A stretch of 64,000 nucleotides of DNA from Thermodesulfobacteriota bacterium (GTDB lineage: Bacteria; Desulfobacterota; Desulfarculia; JACQYL01): positions 2,976,001-3,040,000 of the forward strand of contig CAXXLZ010000002.1 in assembly GCA_963675595.2 (NCBI GenBank), written 5' to 3'. This document shows positions 39,005-48,375 of this stretch, piece after piece. The notes beneath the pieces were generated by a model that worked only from the letters and a program-made list of their open reading frames with translations, was not told where the DNA came from and did no database searches. Within the stretch, counting starts at the first letter, position 1, and each line of letters opens with the position of its first letter. The translations under genes were made by a program, and so were the position numbers.

Positions 39005-40135
39005 TCAGTAAGAAAACGGCCACAGATTGAAGTAGTTCTTCACCTGCCACCATCGATAGGCCAACCCGTTGGGCTCGTAAATCAGGAAACCGCAAATGGC
39101 CAGCCCGAAAATTCCGTCTCGAATGTACATCGCCTTTACGAACAACGTGGGGAATGAGTCCCCCGTTACCAGGATGAAGCCGTCCAACACCTCAAGGAGC
39201 AAACCCATGAACACGGCGCCGAAAATAGCCCCATGCACGGATCCGGCGCCTCCGATAAGGATGATTCCCACCAGCCACAGAGACAGGAACCACGGAAACG
39301 ATTCCGGACTCAGAGCGGCAAGGTTGCTCACGTTGAACGCGCCGGCCACGCCTCCGAAGAACCCTGCAACGAAGAAGGCGAGCAGCTTGTATCCGACGAT
39401 GTTGATCCCCATGGTTTCCGCAGCGATGTCGTTATCACGTATCGCCACCCACGCACGACCGACTCTCGACCTCAAAAGGTTGATGAGTATTACGCAACAG
39501 AGCACCACCAACACCAGCATCAGGTAGTAGACTCTTATGTTGGTATCCATCACCCAGGGGCCTATTTTTATGGTTCCGGGAGGCAGTGAGAAAGCCTGGC
39601 CGCGGCCCCCGATCTGACTCACGTACTGTGTCAGGATGAAATCGACCGTGATGAATTGCGCCGCCATGGTAGTGAGGATTAAATAAAACCCTTTCACTTT
39701 GGCGGAGGGCAGACCGAAAAGCACGCTCCACAGACCGGCGGTTACAGCCGCCAAGAAAACGCTCAGGGGATAGGCCAACCCATAGTCCACCATGAATTGA
39801 GGCCAAGGCACCTGAAGCACCAGCAGTGTGCTCGTGTACGCCCCCACGGCGATGAACGCGGCATGGCCCAGAGTAACCTGTCCGCAAAACCCGATAAGGA
39901 GCTGAACGCCCAAGGCCCCGAGTACGTAGTAGCCGATCTTATTGAACACTGCAAAAGAGAACACCCCGCCCCAGAACTCGTACTCGGCCAAGCGTCCCTC
40001 CAGCAGGGGGAAGATCACGAACAGAAAAAGAAACAGCAGGATCATTTTCACCCGGATGACCGGGGTCTGCCACCACGCTTGGTCCTGAGCGTAACTCTCG
40101 TGGTAAAGTCCGCAGGGTAGGAAAGTACTCGACAT
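39005..40135 (-). CDS. ABC transporter permease (LivM-like)
   Basis: GFCGQVTLGHAAF, GRAWVAIRDNDIAAE, EPNGLA, WPFSY. Confidence 0.88.
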   Translation of the reverse strand: MSSTFLPCGLYHESYAQDQAWWQTPVIRVKMILLFLFLFVIFPLLEGRLAEYEFWGGVFSFAVFNKIGYYVLGALGVQLLIGFCGQVTLGHAAFIAVGAYTSTLLVLQVPWPQFMVDYGLAYPLSVFLAAVTAGLWSVLFGLPSAKVKGFYLILTTMAAQFITVDFILTQYVSQIGGRGQAFSLPPGTIKIGPWVMDTNIRVYYLMLVLVVLCCVILINLLRSRVGRAWVAIRDNDIAAETMGINIVGYKLLAFFVAGFFGGVAGAFNVSNLAALSPESFPWFLSLWLVGIILIGGAGSVHGAIFGAVFMGLLLEVLDGFILVTGDSFPTLFVKAMYIRDGIFGLAICGFLIYEPNGLAYRWWQVKNYFNLWPFSY

Positions 40136-40254
40136 GGAGAATAGTCCTCCTCATTTTCCGCGGAGATCGCTCTCCACGACTCCACCACGGGGATTCACCC
40201 CGTCTTGATGCCCATTGCACCGGCGACGCAAGAACTCAAATTCTCACCGCAGGC

Positions 40255-41139
40255 TCACACCCGTTCTATGCGCTCCCAACCCCATAAGCCATAGGGCTTG
40301 AACAGCAAAAATACGGCCATAAAAGCGAAGGGGGCGATCTCCTTCACGCCGCCCGGGAAAAATCGGTCCAGATAAGCGCCGCAGAGGTTCTGCAGCACGC
40401 CGATGATAATCCCCCCGACTATGGCCCCCGGCACCGAGTTCAGCCCTCCGAGCACCACCGCCGGCAGCACGAGAAGTCCCAGGTAGCCGACGGAAATGTT
40501 CAATCCGTTGATGTTACCCAGCAGGCTTCCGCCCACGCCCGCGGCCATGAAGGCGATGGACCAAGCCGCGGCGTAGACGAACCGAGCACTGACTCCCAGG
40601 GAAAGCGCCGCCATCTCGTCGTCCGCCGTTGCCTGCATCGCCAAGCCCCACTTCGTGTATTGAAAGAACGCGACGAAGACCACCAAAAGCAATAATGCGA
40701 TGACAAAGCTCCAGAGGTATACCCTCCCGACTATCAGGAAGCCTAAGTGTAGCGGTTCGATGGAAAACACGGGAGGGTCGAAAACACGGGTGTCGGTTTC
40801 CCAGATGATCTGCACCACGGATTTGAAGAAGAACGACAGGCCCACCGTGACCATGATGACCGTCAGCACGGGTTCGCCGATCAGTCGATCCAGAAATATC
40901 CGTTCCGTGAGAATCCCGAGAATCAGGCCGATAATCAAGGAGAAGATTACGGCAAGGACAAAAGGAACCCCCGCCTGGTAGAACGACAGGGTGACATACG
41001 CCCCTATCAGGGTCAGTTCTCCCATGGCAAGGTTCAGGACGCCGGAACACTTGTAAATGAGTACCCATCCCAAGGCGATCAGCGCATAGATGCCTCCCAC
41101 CATAAGCCCCGTCGTCAGGGTCATCAAAAACAACTCCAT
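40255..41139 (-). CDS. ABC transporter permease (LivH-like)
   Basis: YALIALG..LIYK, LNLAMGE, AMQATADD, KPYGL.G...IERV. Confidence 0.88.
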   Translation of the reverse strand: MELFLMTLTTGLMVGGIYALIALGWVLIYKCSGVLNLAMGELTLIGAYVTLSFYQAGVPFVLAVIFSLIIGLILGILTERIFLDRLIGEPVLTVIMVTVGLSFFFKSVVQIIWETDTRVFDPPVFSIEPLHLGFLIVGRVYLWSFVIALLLLVVFVAFFQYTKWGLAMQATADDEMAALSLGVSARFVYAAAWSIAFMAAGVGGSLLGNINGLNISVGYLGLLVLPAVVLGGLNSVPGAIVGGIIIGVLQNLCGAYLDRFFPGGVKEIAPFAFMAVFLLFKPYGLWGWERIERV

Positions 41140-41152
41140 CGGAGCCCTCCCC

Positions 41153-43072
41153 TTATTCCGGCTCGGTCACCCGCAGATCGACTTTGATGTGCGATTCCCG
41201 ACCGTCTTCATACTTGATCGTGGTGTCCATCCGGATCAGGTCCGAATTGCCGAAAAGCCCATCGACGATAACTTTGTACCGTTCTTCCACAAAAGCTCTT
41301 CTGAGCTTCCGAGTCCGGGTGAGTTCATCGTCGTCCGGATCAAATTCCTTGTAGAGATTCACGAACCTACGCACTCGCGCCGGTTCGGGAAGGTCCTTGT
41401 TGGCCTCCTGAATCTGCTTGGCCACCAAGCCACAGACTTCCGCCTTTTGAGAAAGCTCCTGATAGGACGTGTAGTTGAGTTTCTTCTCGTCGGCCCATTT
41501 GCCCACCACGTCGTAATCGATGCAGACCACCGCGGCGATGAAGTCCCTCTGGTGTCCCACCACCCACGCATCCTTGACATACGGGCTGAATTTGAGACGG
41601 GTCTCGAGGTATTGCGGAGAAAACAATCGCCCGTCGCTCAGCGTCATGACGTCCTTGCTTCGATCAAAGACCACCAGATGCCCGTCTTCGTCGATAAAGC
41701 CCTTATCCCCGGAATGCAGCCACCCGTTGACCAAGGTTTCGGCGGTGGCCTTATCGTTCTTGTAGTATCCGAGAAAAACCGATGGACTCTTGGACAGGAT
41801 CTCGCCTTCCTCGTTAATATCGACTTCGGTTCCGGGCAAAGGCTTGCCCACCGTGTCGAACTTGATGTCGCCGCTCCTGTGAACCACGCTGATCCCCGCG
41901 ATCTCCGTCTGCCCGTAAATCTGTTTCAGATTTACCCCAAGGGCGTGGAAAAAGCGGAAATGGTCCGGGCCCATGGCGGCCCCTCCGGTATAAGCGTTTC
42001 GAATCCTCGACAACCCGAGGTGATCCCGAAGCTTTTTGAAGACCGTCCAGTAGGCCGCCCAATTAAGAATCTTCCAGTAGAACGGAATGCCTTTCTTCTC
42101 GAAACCCAGGTTGGCCATGCGATATCCGATCTTCATGGCCGTCGCGTAAAACTTGCGTTTGATCCAGGTCGCATCGAGATGCTTCACCTGAACGGTTCGC
42201 GTCATCTGCTCGTACATTCGGGGAGGCGCAAACATCACGTGCGGCCCGATTTCCCGGATGTTCTCCAGGGCGGTGTCCGGTTCCTCCGGAAAATTGATGG
42301 TATAACCCACCTGAAGCCCGCATGAGATGGACATCATCTGTTCACCAATCCACGCAAAAGGAAGATAGGAAACAAAATCATCCGTGGGCCGGCAAGGGTC
42401 CGTCGTCATGAGGGCCTTTCCCATGCTGAGCATGTTGTAATGACTCAGCAGCGCTCCTTTAGGCAGGGCCGTGGTTCCCGAAGTATAGAAAAGAAGAGCC
42501 ACGTCGTCGCCGTGTCCCTCGGCGATGCGTTTCTCAAACAAGCCGGGTTCCTCTTTCTCCAATTCGCGCCCCAGTTCCCTGACCCGATCCAGACCGATAA
42601 GCACCTGTCCGCGGTAGTTCCTCAAACCTTTGGGATCATCCCAGATGATCTTTTCCAGTTTGGGGCAATCGTCCAGGATGGACAACCCCTTGTCCACTTC
42701 CTCCTGTCCCTCGCCCACAAAAAATTTGGTGTCCGAATGGTCGATGATGTACTTCACTTCCTCCATGAGGGAGTCCTGGAAAAGCCAGACCGCGATTCCT
42801 CCGGCACAAAGGGCTCCCATCTCCGTCCAGAGACCTTCGGGACGGTTGTCCCCAATCATGGCCACCTTGTCTCCGGGCTGCAGGCCCAGACTGATCAGGC
42901 CCAGGCTGATCTCTTTGACGCTGTCGTGGTACTCCTTCCAAGTAATCGGTCGCCAGATTCCATACTCCTTCTCCCTCATGGCGACACGATCTTCCCCGAA
43001 ACGTTCGCACTGTTTCAGGAACAGCTGGGGTATGGTCAGGTCGTGTGTGATTTCGACGGGCGTGACGCTCAT
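41153..43072 (-). CDS. Long-chain fatty acid-CoA ligase (AMP-binding)
   Basis: YTSGTTALPKG, YLPFAW.GE, YGQTE, GWLHSGD, LTRTRKLRR. Confidence 0.88.
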   Translation of the reverse strand: MSVTPVEITHDLTIPQLFLKQCERFGEDRVAMREKEYGIWRPITWKEYHDSVKEISLGLISLGLQPGDKVAMIGDNRPEGLWTEMGALCAGGIAVWLFQDSLMEEVKYIIDHSDTKFFVGEGQEEVDKGLSILDDCPKLEKIIWDDPKGLRNYRGQVLIGLDRVRELGRELEKEEPGLFEKRIAEGHGDDVALLFYTSGTTALPKGALLSHYNMLSMGKALMTTDPCRPTDDFVSYLPFAWIGEQMMSISCGLQVGYTINFPEEPDTALENIREIGPHVMFAPPRMYEQMTRTVQVKHLDATWIKRKFYATAMKIGYRMANLGFEKKGIPFYWKILNWAAYWTVFKKLRDHLGLSRIRNAYTGGAAMGPDHFRFFHALGVNLKQIYGQTEIAGISVVHRSGDIKFDTVGKPLPGTEVDINEEGEILSKSPSVFLGYYKNDKATAETLVNGWLHSGDKGFIDEDGHLVVFDRSKDVMTLSDGRLFSPQYLETRLKFSPYVKDAWVVGHQRDFIAAVVCIDYDVVGKWADEKKLNYTSYQELSQKAEVCGLVAKQIQEANKDLPEPARVRRFVNLYKEFDPDDDELTRTRKLRRAFVEERYKVIVDGLFGNSDLIRMDTTIKYEDGRESHIKVDLRVTEPE

Positions 43073-43073
43073 G

Positions 43074-43895
43074 TTATCTCCTCGTGGCGTAGAGGTCTTC
43101 CTCACCCAGATATGCTTTGATCACTTCGGGATTCGAGGTCACCTCCGCGGGTGTTCCGTCCACAATCACATTTCCGAAATTCAGCACCAACACCCGCTCG
43201 GATATGTCCATGACCACCCCCATGTCATGCTCCACCAAAACACACGTCACCTGCCATCGATCCTCCTCGTTGACGTCCAGTATAAATCGCGCCATGTCCT
43301 CCACTTCTTCCAGATTCAATCCCGCCAGTGGTTCATCGAGAATCAGCAGTTCGGGCTCGAGAGCCAGAGCCCGGCCCAACTCGACCCGTTTCTGAAGACC
43401 ATACGGCAGCATTCCAACCGTCTTGTGCCGAATGCTCTCGATCTCGAGCAGGTCGATGATCTCCTCTTCGATGAAGCGCCGGTGACGAATCTCTTCGCGC
43501 CTCGTCTTGCCCCAGAAAAAGCTTCCGCTGACGACCCCGGACTTCATGTGGATATGACGCCCGAGACGGATGTTGTCCAGCACGGTCATGCCGCTGAACA
43601 GCTCGATCTTCTGAAAAGTCCTGGAGATTCCCATGCGGGCTCTGCGATGAGGACTGACATCGTTTATCCGTGTGCCGGCATAGAAGACATTTCCCCTTTG
43701 CGGCTTGTACAGTCCGTTGATGCAATTCATCATCACCGTTTTTCCGGCGCCGTTGGGACCGATGATCGAGTGGATCTCTCCCTTCCGGACCTTCAAGGAA
43801 ACCCCGACGAGAGCGGCCACTTTGCCGAAGTACATGTGAACGTCTTCAAGTTCGAGAAGTACGTCTCCCGGCTTCAGTCCACTTCGATGGACCAT
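43074..43895 (-). CDS. ABC transporter ATP-binding protein (LivG-like)
   Basis: GPNGAGKT, LPYGLQKRVELGRAL, LDEP.AG, VEHDM. Confidence 0.88.
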   Translation of the reverse strand: MVHRSGLKPGDVLLELEDVHMYFGKVAALVGVSLKVRKGEIHSIIGPNGAGKTVMMNCINGLYKPQRGNVFYAGTRINDVSPHRRARMGISRTFQKIELFSGMTVLDNIRLGRHIHMKSGVVSGSFFWGKTRREEIRHRRFIEEEIIDLLEIESIRHKTVGMLPYGLQKRVELGRALALEPELLILDEPLAGLNLEEVEDMARFILDVNEEDRWQVTCVLVEHDMGVVMDISERVLVLNFGNVIVDGTPAEVTSNPEVIKAYLGEEDLYATRR

Positions 43896-44511
43896 CGAGT
43901 CAACCTCCCACTACACTGTCCATTCCAAATTCCGGCCGCCGCCGCATCCCCGCGGTTCACCCGCCCGAGCGCCGTCCATTTGCCCGTCCGTTTCGGCTCC
44001 AAGCACGGCTCAATCACTCCCGCGCCGCCCATGTGCCGAATCCGGTCAGAGGACGACGCGGAAAGCCCCGACGACTGAGCGCTCCAAACCCACTACGCCG
44101 ACGGCATGTTCGATTTTCCGATCGTCTTCTATGTTGAATTTACCGCTATTTATAATTGGAACGACACTCCGACCGATGCCCGCGGCGCAAGAACAATCTT
44201 CAGCGCCGAAGCCGCCCGAGTGTCGATAGATGCGAGGATATCGAATTGGCATGTATACTGGAACCTTACGGGGAATCGTCATGGCAGGTTTTTTGGACGC
44301 ATGCGGGACCCGCCGGCTCCTTTATGTTTCGACAAAAAATACAGCACGTTAAGCCACTTACCTCACTTCAAGTCATCATTTATTGTCACGTTCCCCACCC
44401 TTTGTCAAGGCAAAACAAAGTTAGGAACCGCCTCCGCCCATGGACACTCCGGTGCCCCAAATCTCTCCCCGCTCTCCACGGCCGCTGAAATCGCTCCCCC
44501 GTTCCCCCTCC

Positions 44512-45774
44512 CTAAAACCTTGGCGGGAGTTCCTCGGGCATGAGCAACTTCGTCGCACACTTCACGAAATAATCATCCGTCATCCCGGCCATGAAATCAC
44601 ATACCATTTGCCCCTCGGTCGTCGTCTCCCGGTACTCGGGCATCATTTCATCCAGGAAATCCCTGAATATCTCACTCTCCTCCCGTTCCATCGCGATATC
44701 ACTCAGATAAGCGTCGAACAAATGCCGATACAGCACACGAATCTTTTCTTTCTGCGTCTTGATCAGCGGATTCCCGTATATCGCCTTTCGGTTGAAATCC
44801 AAGAGCGCTTCCAGGGCCTCACCCACTTCTTCGCCGAACATCAACCCGGTCCCGCCCAGACTATTCTCCACCAGGTCCTCCACCAGGCGATAGACAATGG
44901 TTCCGTTGGTCGTGCCCAACCGCTCGGATACAATTCCGGGAACTTCTTCCCGATCCACCAGGTTGATCCGAACCCCGTCGGCCAAATCGCGCCCAACATA
45001 AGAAATCACGTCCGCGAGACGCACCACCGTCCCTTCCATGGTACCCGGCACAAGGTCCTCCGCTCCCCCGCTTTCCAGCATCCTCCTGAGATCGACATCG
45101 AACTCTTCGAAGGTTCCTCGCGTCTTCGGCTCCAAGGTTCGATGAAGAATCTCCCCATTGTGGCACAGGATTCCATCCAGCACCTGAAGAGACAGATTGA
45201 GCCCTCCGCCTTTCCGCTCCAGCACTTCCAGACAACGGACGCTCTGAACGTTGTGCAGAAACGGCGGGAGGCCGTGTTCCCGGCACAGGGCATCCAGCAT
45301 GGCCTCCCCGTCATGACCGAAAGGCGGGTGTCCCAGATCATGTCCCAATGCCACCGCCTCGATCAAGTCTTCATTGAGTCTCAGCAGCCGCCCTATATTT
45401 CGTGCAATCCGCGATAGAAGCTGCACATGAAGCACTCGATGGGTAATCAAGTCGTTGCGTATCAAGTAAAAAACCTGGGTCTTATCAATATAGCGCGTGT
45501 AGGCCATGGAATGCAGAATCCGATCCGCGTCCACGGCGAATTCCATTCGGTGCCCCGAGTCCGCAACCGGGTCCGCACTTCTTCGTAACGCCTCCCGACT
45601 GGATACGGCTGCGGGACTCAACCATTGAGCCTCCCTCTCCTCCAAACGCAGGCGGATTTCCCGTTGGCTCACTCCTCTCAAGACCATCTCCTCGCTCTGT
45701 AAGAATTCAACGGAACCCATCATACCGTCCGGCCGTCCCATTTCAAGAACGAATCCGGGCATCGCCCCATCCAA
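44512..45774 (-). CDS. HD-domain protein, dGTP triphosphohydrolase-like (start probably downstream)
   Basis: DRILHS, KTQV, HRVLHV, GHDLGHPPFGHDGE, HN.QS, DGILCH, AD.ISY, DFMAGMTD. Confidence 0.85.
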   Translation of the reverse strand: MDGAMPGFVLEMGRPDGMMGSVEFLQSEEMVLRGVSQREIRLRLEEREAQWLSPAAVSSREALRRSADPVADSGHRMEFAVDADRILHSMAYTRYIDKTQVFYLIRNDLITHRVLHVQLLSRIARNIGRLLRLNEDLIEAVALGHDLGHPPFGHDGEAMLDALCREHGLPPFLHNVQSVRCLEVLERKGGGLNLSLQVLDGILCHNGEILHRTLEPKTRGTFEEFDVDLRRMLESGGAEDLVPGTMEGTVVRLADVISYVGRDLADGVRINLVDREEVPGIVSERLGTTNGTIVYRLVEDLVENSLGGTGLMFGEEVGEALEALLDFNRKAIYGNPLIKTQKEKIRVLYRHLFDAYLSDIAMEREESEIFRDFLDEMMPEYRETTTEGQMVCDFMAGMTDDYFVKCATKLLMPEELPPRF

Positions 45775-45899
45775 CGTCGCAAAGCGAAACCGGGAATCCT
45801 CACCCGATGAGTATGGATTTCAATCCCGATAGCAGCTCTCCCTTTTCAATATCCGAACGTAACCCCTTGAGGTTCCAATAAATACAGATCAATATCTCC

Positions 45900-45915
45900 T
45901 GGTACGAGACTTGCA
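45900..45915 (+). promoter_or_regulatory. Sigma54 (-24/-12) promoter
   Basis: TGGTACG-AGAC-TTGCA with correct GG-N10-GC spacing. Confidence 0.7.
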
Positions 45916-45984
45916 TAAAGATATTAACAATTTGATGATCGTGCGCGAACCTAAATCCCCCTTCCAGGTCCGCGACCAAAGGTC

Positions 45985-46070
45985 ATCACCTGAAAAAGCC
46001 AAACCCGCCGCGAGGCGGGGACGGAAAGCCACGGGTCTCCAGCAGACAGCCGGGTTGCCTGGATCAGGTA
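45985..46070 (+). ncRNA. Cyclic di-GMP-I (GEMM-I) riboswitch aptamer
   Basis: GCCAAACCCGCC-GCGA-GGCGGGGACGGAAAGCCACGGGTCT..AGACAGCCGGGTTGCC reproduces the GEMM-I P2 (GNRA loop), ACG(G/C)AAAG junction and P3. Confidence 0.92.
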
Positions 46071-46086
46071 ACCCGGCTATTTTTTT
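46048..46086 (+). terminator. Riboswitch expression-platform terminator
   Basis: AGCCGGGTTGCCTG-GAT-CAGGTAACCCGGCT-ATTTTTTT; the 5' arm is the 3' strand of the aptamer. Confidence 0.85.
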
Positions 46087-46099
46087 GGAGGAGGGGATC

Positions 46100-46822
46100 A
46101 TGAACCGTACAATGAAATTTCTCGTGCGGGCAGTGGTGTTGTTTGCGGCGGTTCTGGCCGTAGGGGCGCCGGCCTCCGATGCCCACGCAAGCACGATCAA
46201 GTTGGGTTTTACCAAGGGTCTGGACATGGATCTCCGCCTGGACGGAGAAGACTACTCGATTTTGACCGGAGAATTCAGTGTTCAGGGCGACCTGGGGCTC
46301 GGTGCGGCCTACTGCCTCGAGCTCGATGTCCTTGCCATGTTGTACCAGGATTATGAGGTCGACCCGCAAGCCGTCGGTGAAAACCTTTCCGCGGCCGCCT
46401 GGCTTATGTGGCAGTTCGCTCCGGGATTGGGCCGGGAACAACCTTCAGGCTATTCCGGAGCCTATTCGGAAGAAATCGCCGTTTCGGCCGTTCAAATCGC
46501 GGTGTGGGAGATCGTGTACGACGGTTCGCGAAGCTCCGCCGGACTCCTCCAATCGCAACTCGCAAGGGGCCGATTCTTCCTTACGGACCTTTCGGACGAT
46601 CAGGCTTCCGTGGCCGACTTAGCCGCCTACTTCTTGGATCAACTCACCGACTTCGATCCCAATGATTTTCCCGAAGGGGCGGAGTTCTTGGTGGCCGCAA
46701 ATCCGGATCACCAGGACGTCCTCATTCGCACCGAGGTCCCCATTCCGGCGCCCTTCTGGTTGTTGGGATGCGGACTCCTGGTCCTGGTCTCCCGAAGAAA
46801 AGGACTCCTACGGTCCACCTGA
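46100..46822 (+). CDS. Exosortase-target surface protein (VPLPA/PEP-CTERM type) with thioester-domain-like motifs
   Basis: Signal peptide (AHA); YCLE, AVQIAVWE and HQDVL motifs; C-terminal VPIPAPFWLLGCGLLVLVSRRK. GGAGG RBS. Confidence 0.85.
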   Translation: MNRTMKFLVRAVVLFAAVLAVGAPASDAHASTIKLGFTKGLDMDLRLDGEDYSILTGEFSVQGDLGLGAAYCLELDVLAMLYQDYEVDPQAVGENLSAAAWLMWQFAPGLGREQPSGYSGAYSEEIAVSAVQIAVWEIVYDGSRSSAGLLQSQLARGRFFLTDLSDDQASVADLAAYFLDQLTDFDPNDFPEGAEFLVAANPDHQDVLIRTEVPIPAPFWLLGCGLLVLVSRRKGLLRST

Positions 46823-46833
46823 TGGACCGTCTC

Positions 46834-46860
46834 AAGCCCGGGATTCTCCCGGGCTTTTTT
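46834..46860 (+). terminator. Intrinsic terminator
   Basis: AAGCCCGGGA-TTC-TCCCGGGCTTTTTT. Confidence 0.75.
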
Positions 46861-46928
46861 CATCCCGCCCGCCGCCTTCCCTTGGTTATTGGACTTGAAA
46901 AACCTTTCAGAGCCGTTCATAGGGAGGC

Positions 46929-48218
46929 ATGGACCATTCAAACTTGATTCTCTTCGCATTCCTGGCCGTGTACCTGGCCGATACCTGTTTGACCCTGTGG
47001 CTCGATTCTCTGAACGCCCGCCGTCTGAAGCAGTCCGGAAACGGCGTGCCCCAGGGGTTTGAAGACTTCGTCGACGCAGGCACGCTAGCTGAAATGCGGC
47101 ATTATTCCTTGGAAAATCTTCGCTTCGGCACGGTGCGCACGGTCGTCTTCGACGCAGCCTTGCTCGTTCTCTTGCTCTCGGGAGTGCTCCCCCCGATTAC
47201 CCGGCTACTTTCGGGGACCTTCGGACTCGGCCCATTGCCTTCGGGGCTGATTTTCTTTTCCCTCCTCGGCGTCGGGGCGTTTCTTCTTGCTTTGCCGTTC
47301 GACTACCATGACGTGTTCACCATCGAACAGAAGCACGGCTTCAATCGCTCCACGTTGCGTACCTGGATCCAGGACCAGCTGAAGTCCGCGGTGCTTGGAG
47401 CCATCCTCGGACTGCTCCTCATCTTCCTGATCCTTTGGACAATCGAGCGTTTCCCCGTATGGTGGTGGTTATGGGGCTTCATCCTGGTTTCGGCCGTTCA
47501 AATCCTGCTCGTGGTGATTTACCCGGTCCTGATCGCTCCCCTCTTCAACCGGTTCGAACCCTTGAAGGACCGGGAGCTGGAACAACGAATCCGCAGGCTC
47601 ATGGAAGATCGAGGCATTCGGGTCCGGAGTATTCTTCAAATGGACGCGGGCATGCGGAGCGGTCACACCAACGCCTATTTCACCGGCTTAGGTCGAACCA
47701 AGAGAGTCGTGCTTTTCGACACGCTTCTGGAATCCCACACTTCCGATGAAATCCTCGCGGTCCTGGCACATGAGCTGGGACACTATACCCGCCGTCATCT
47801 GCTTTGGCGGATCCTGCTGTTTCAAGCCGGATTACTGGCGGGAATCTATCTGACCTATGTTGCCGTTTCGTCTCCGGCCCTCTACCGCGCTTTCGGTTTC
47901 GACCCGACGCAGACCTACACAGGTCTTTTCCTCATGTGGATCTTCTGGACCAAAGCCGCTTTTTTTCTCACACCCTTTCACTCGGCACTCTCGAGACGCT
48001 TCGAAACCGAAGCCGATGCCTACGCGGCAAGAATACTGGACTCTCCCGACGCCATGATCCGAGCGCTCAAGCGACTTGCCAAAGACAACCTGTCCAATCT
48101 GAATCCGCATCCTCTTTATGTGTTGTTCCATTACTCACATCCCCCACTGGTGGAGAGAGTGCGCACTTTGGAACATCCGTCTTCCTCGAGCACAACGACG
48201 ACGGGCGTCTCGGCATGA
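46929..48218 (+). CDS. M48-family (Ste24-like) membrane metallopeptidase
   Basis: IAPLFN, NAYFTG.G..KR.VLFDTL, AHELGH, SR.FE.EAD, YSHPP..ER. Confidence 0.92.
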   Translation: MDHSNLILFAFLAVYLADTCLTLWLDSLNARRLKQSGNGVPQGFEDFVDAGTLAEMRHYSLENLRFGTVRTVVFDAALLVLLLSGVLPPITRLLSGTFGLGPLPSGLIFFSLLGVGAFLLALPFDYHDVFTIEQKHGFNRSTLRTWIQDQLKSAVLGAILGLLLIFLILWTIERFPVWWWLWGFILVSAVQILLVVIYPVLIAPLFNRFEPLKDRELEQRIRRLMEDRGIRVRSILQMDAGMRSGHTNAYFTGLGRTKRVVLFDTLLESHTSDEILAVLAHELGHYTRRHLLWRILLFQAGLLAGIYLTYVAVSSPALYRAFGFDPTQTYTGLFLMWIFWTKAAFFLTPFHSALSRRFETEADAYAARILDSPDAMIRALKRLAKDNLSNLNPHPLYVLFHYSHPPLVERVRTLEHPSSSSTTTTGVSA

Positions 48219-48375
48219 GACGCCCGCACCTCGTTGCAAACACCCCGAAACCGCGATGCGGTGTGATTTGTCCAAGCGAAAAAGCACGAGGCCCAGGAAA
48301 CGAGTCTCAAAGCTTCGAGAGGAAGTGCGGGGGCGCTTTCACGCAAGGATCCCCCGGTATCCCGAAATTGCCCGG

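Noticed and set aside
43896-44511. Short ORFs or a riboswitch in the 600-bp region upstream of the second ABC operon
   Set aside because: No protein motifs or recognisable RNA consensus; only weak promoter/operator-like pieces.
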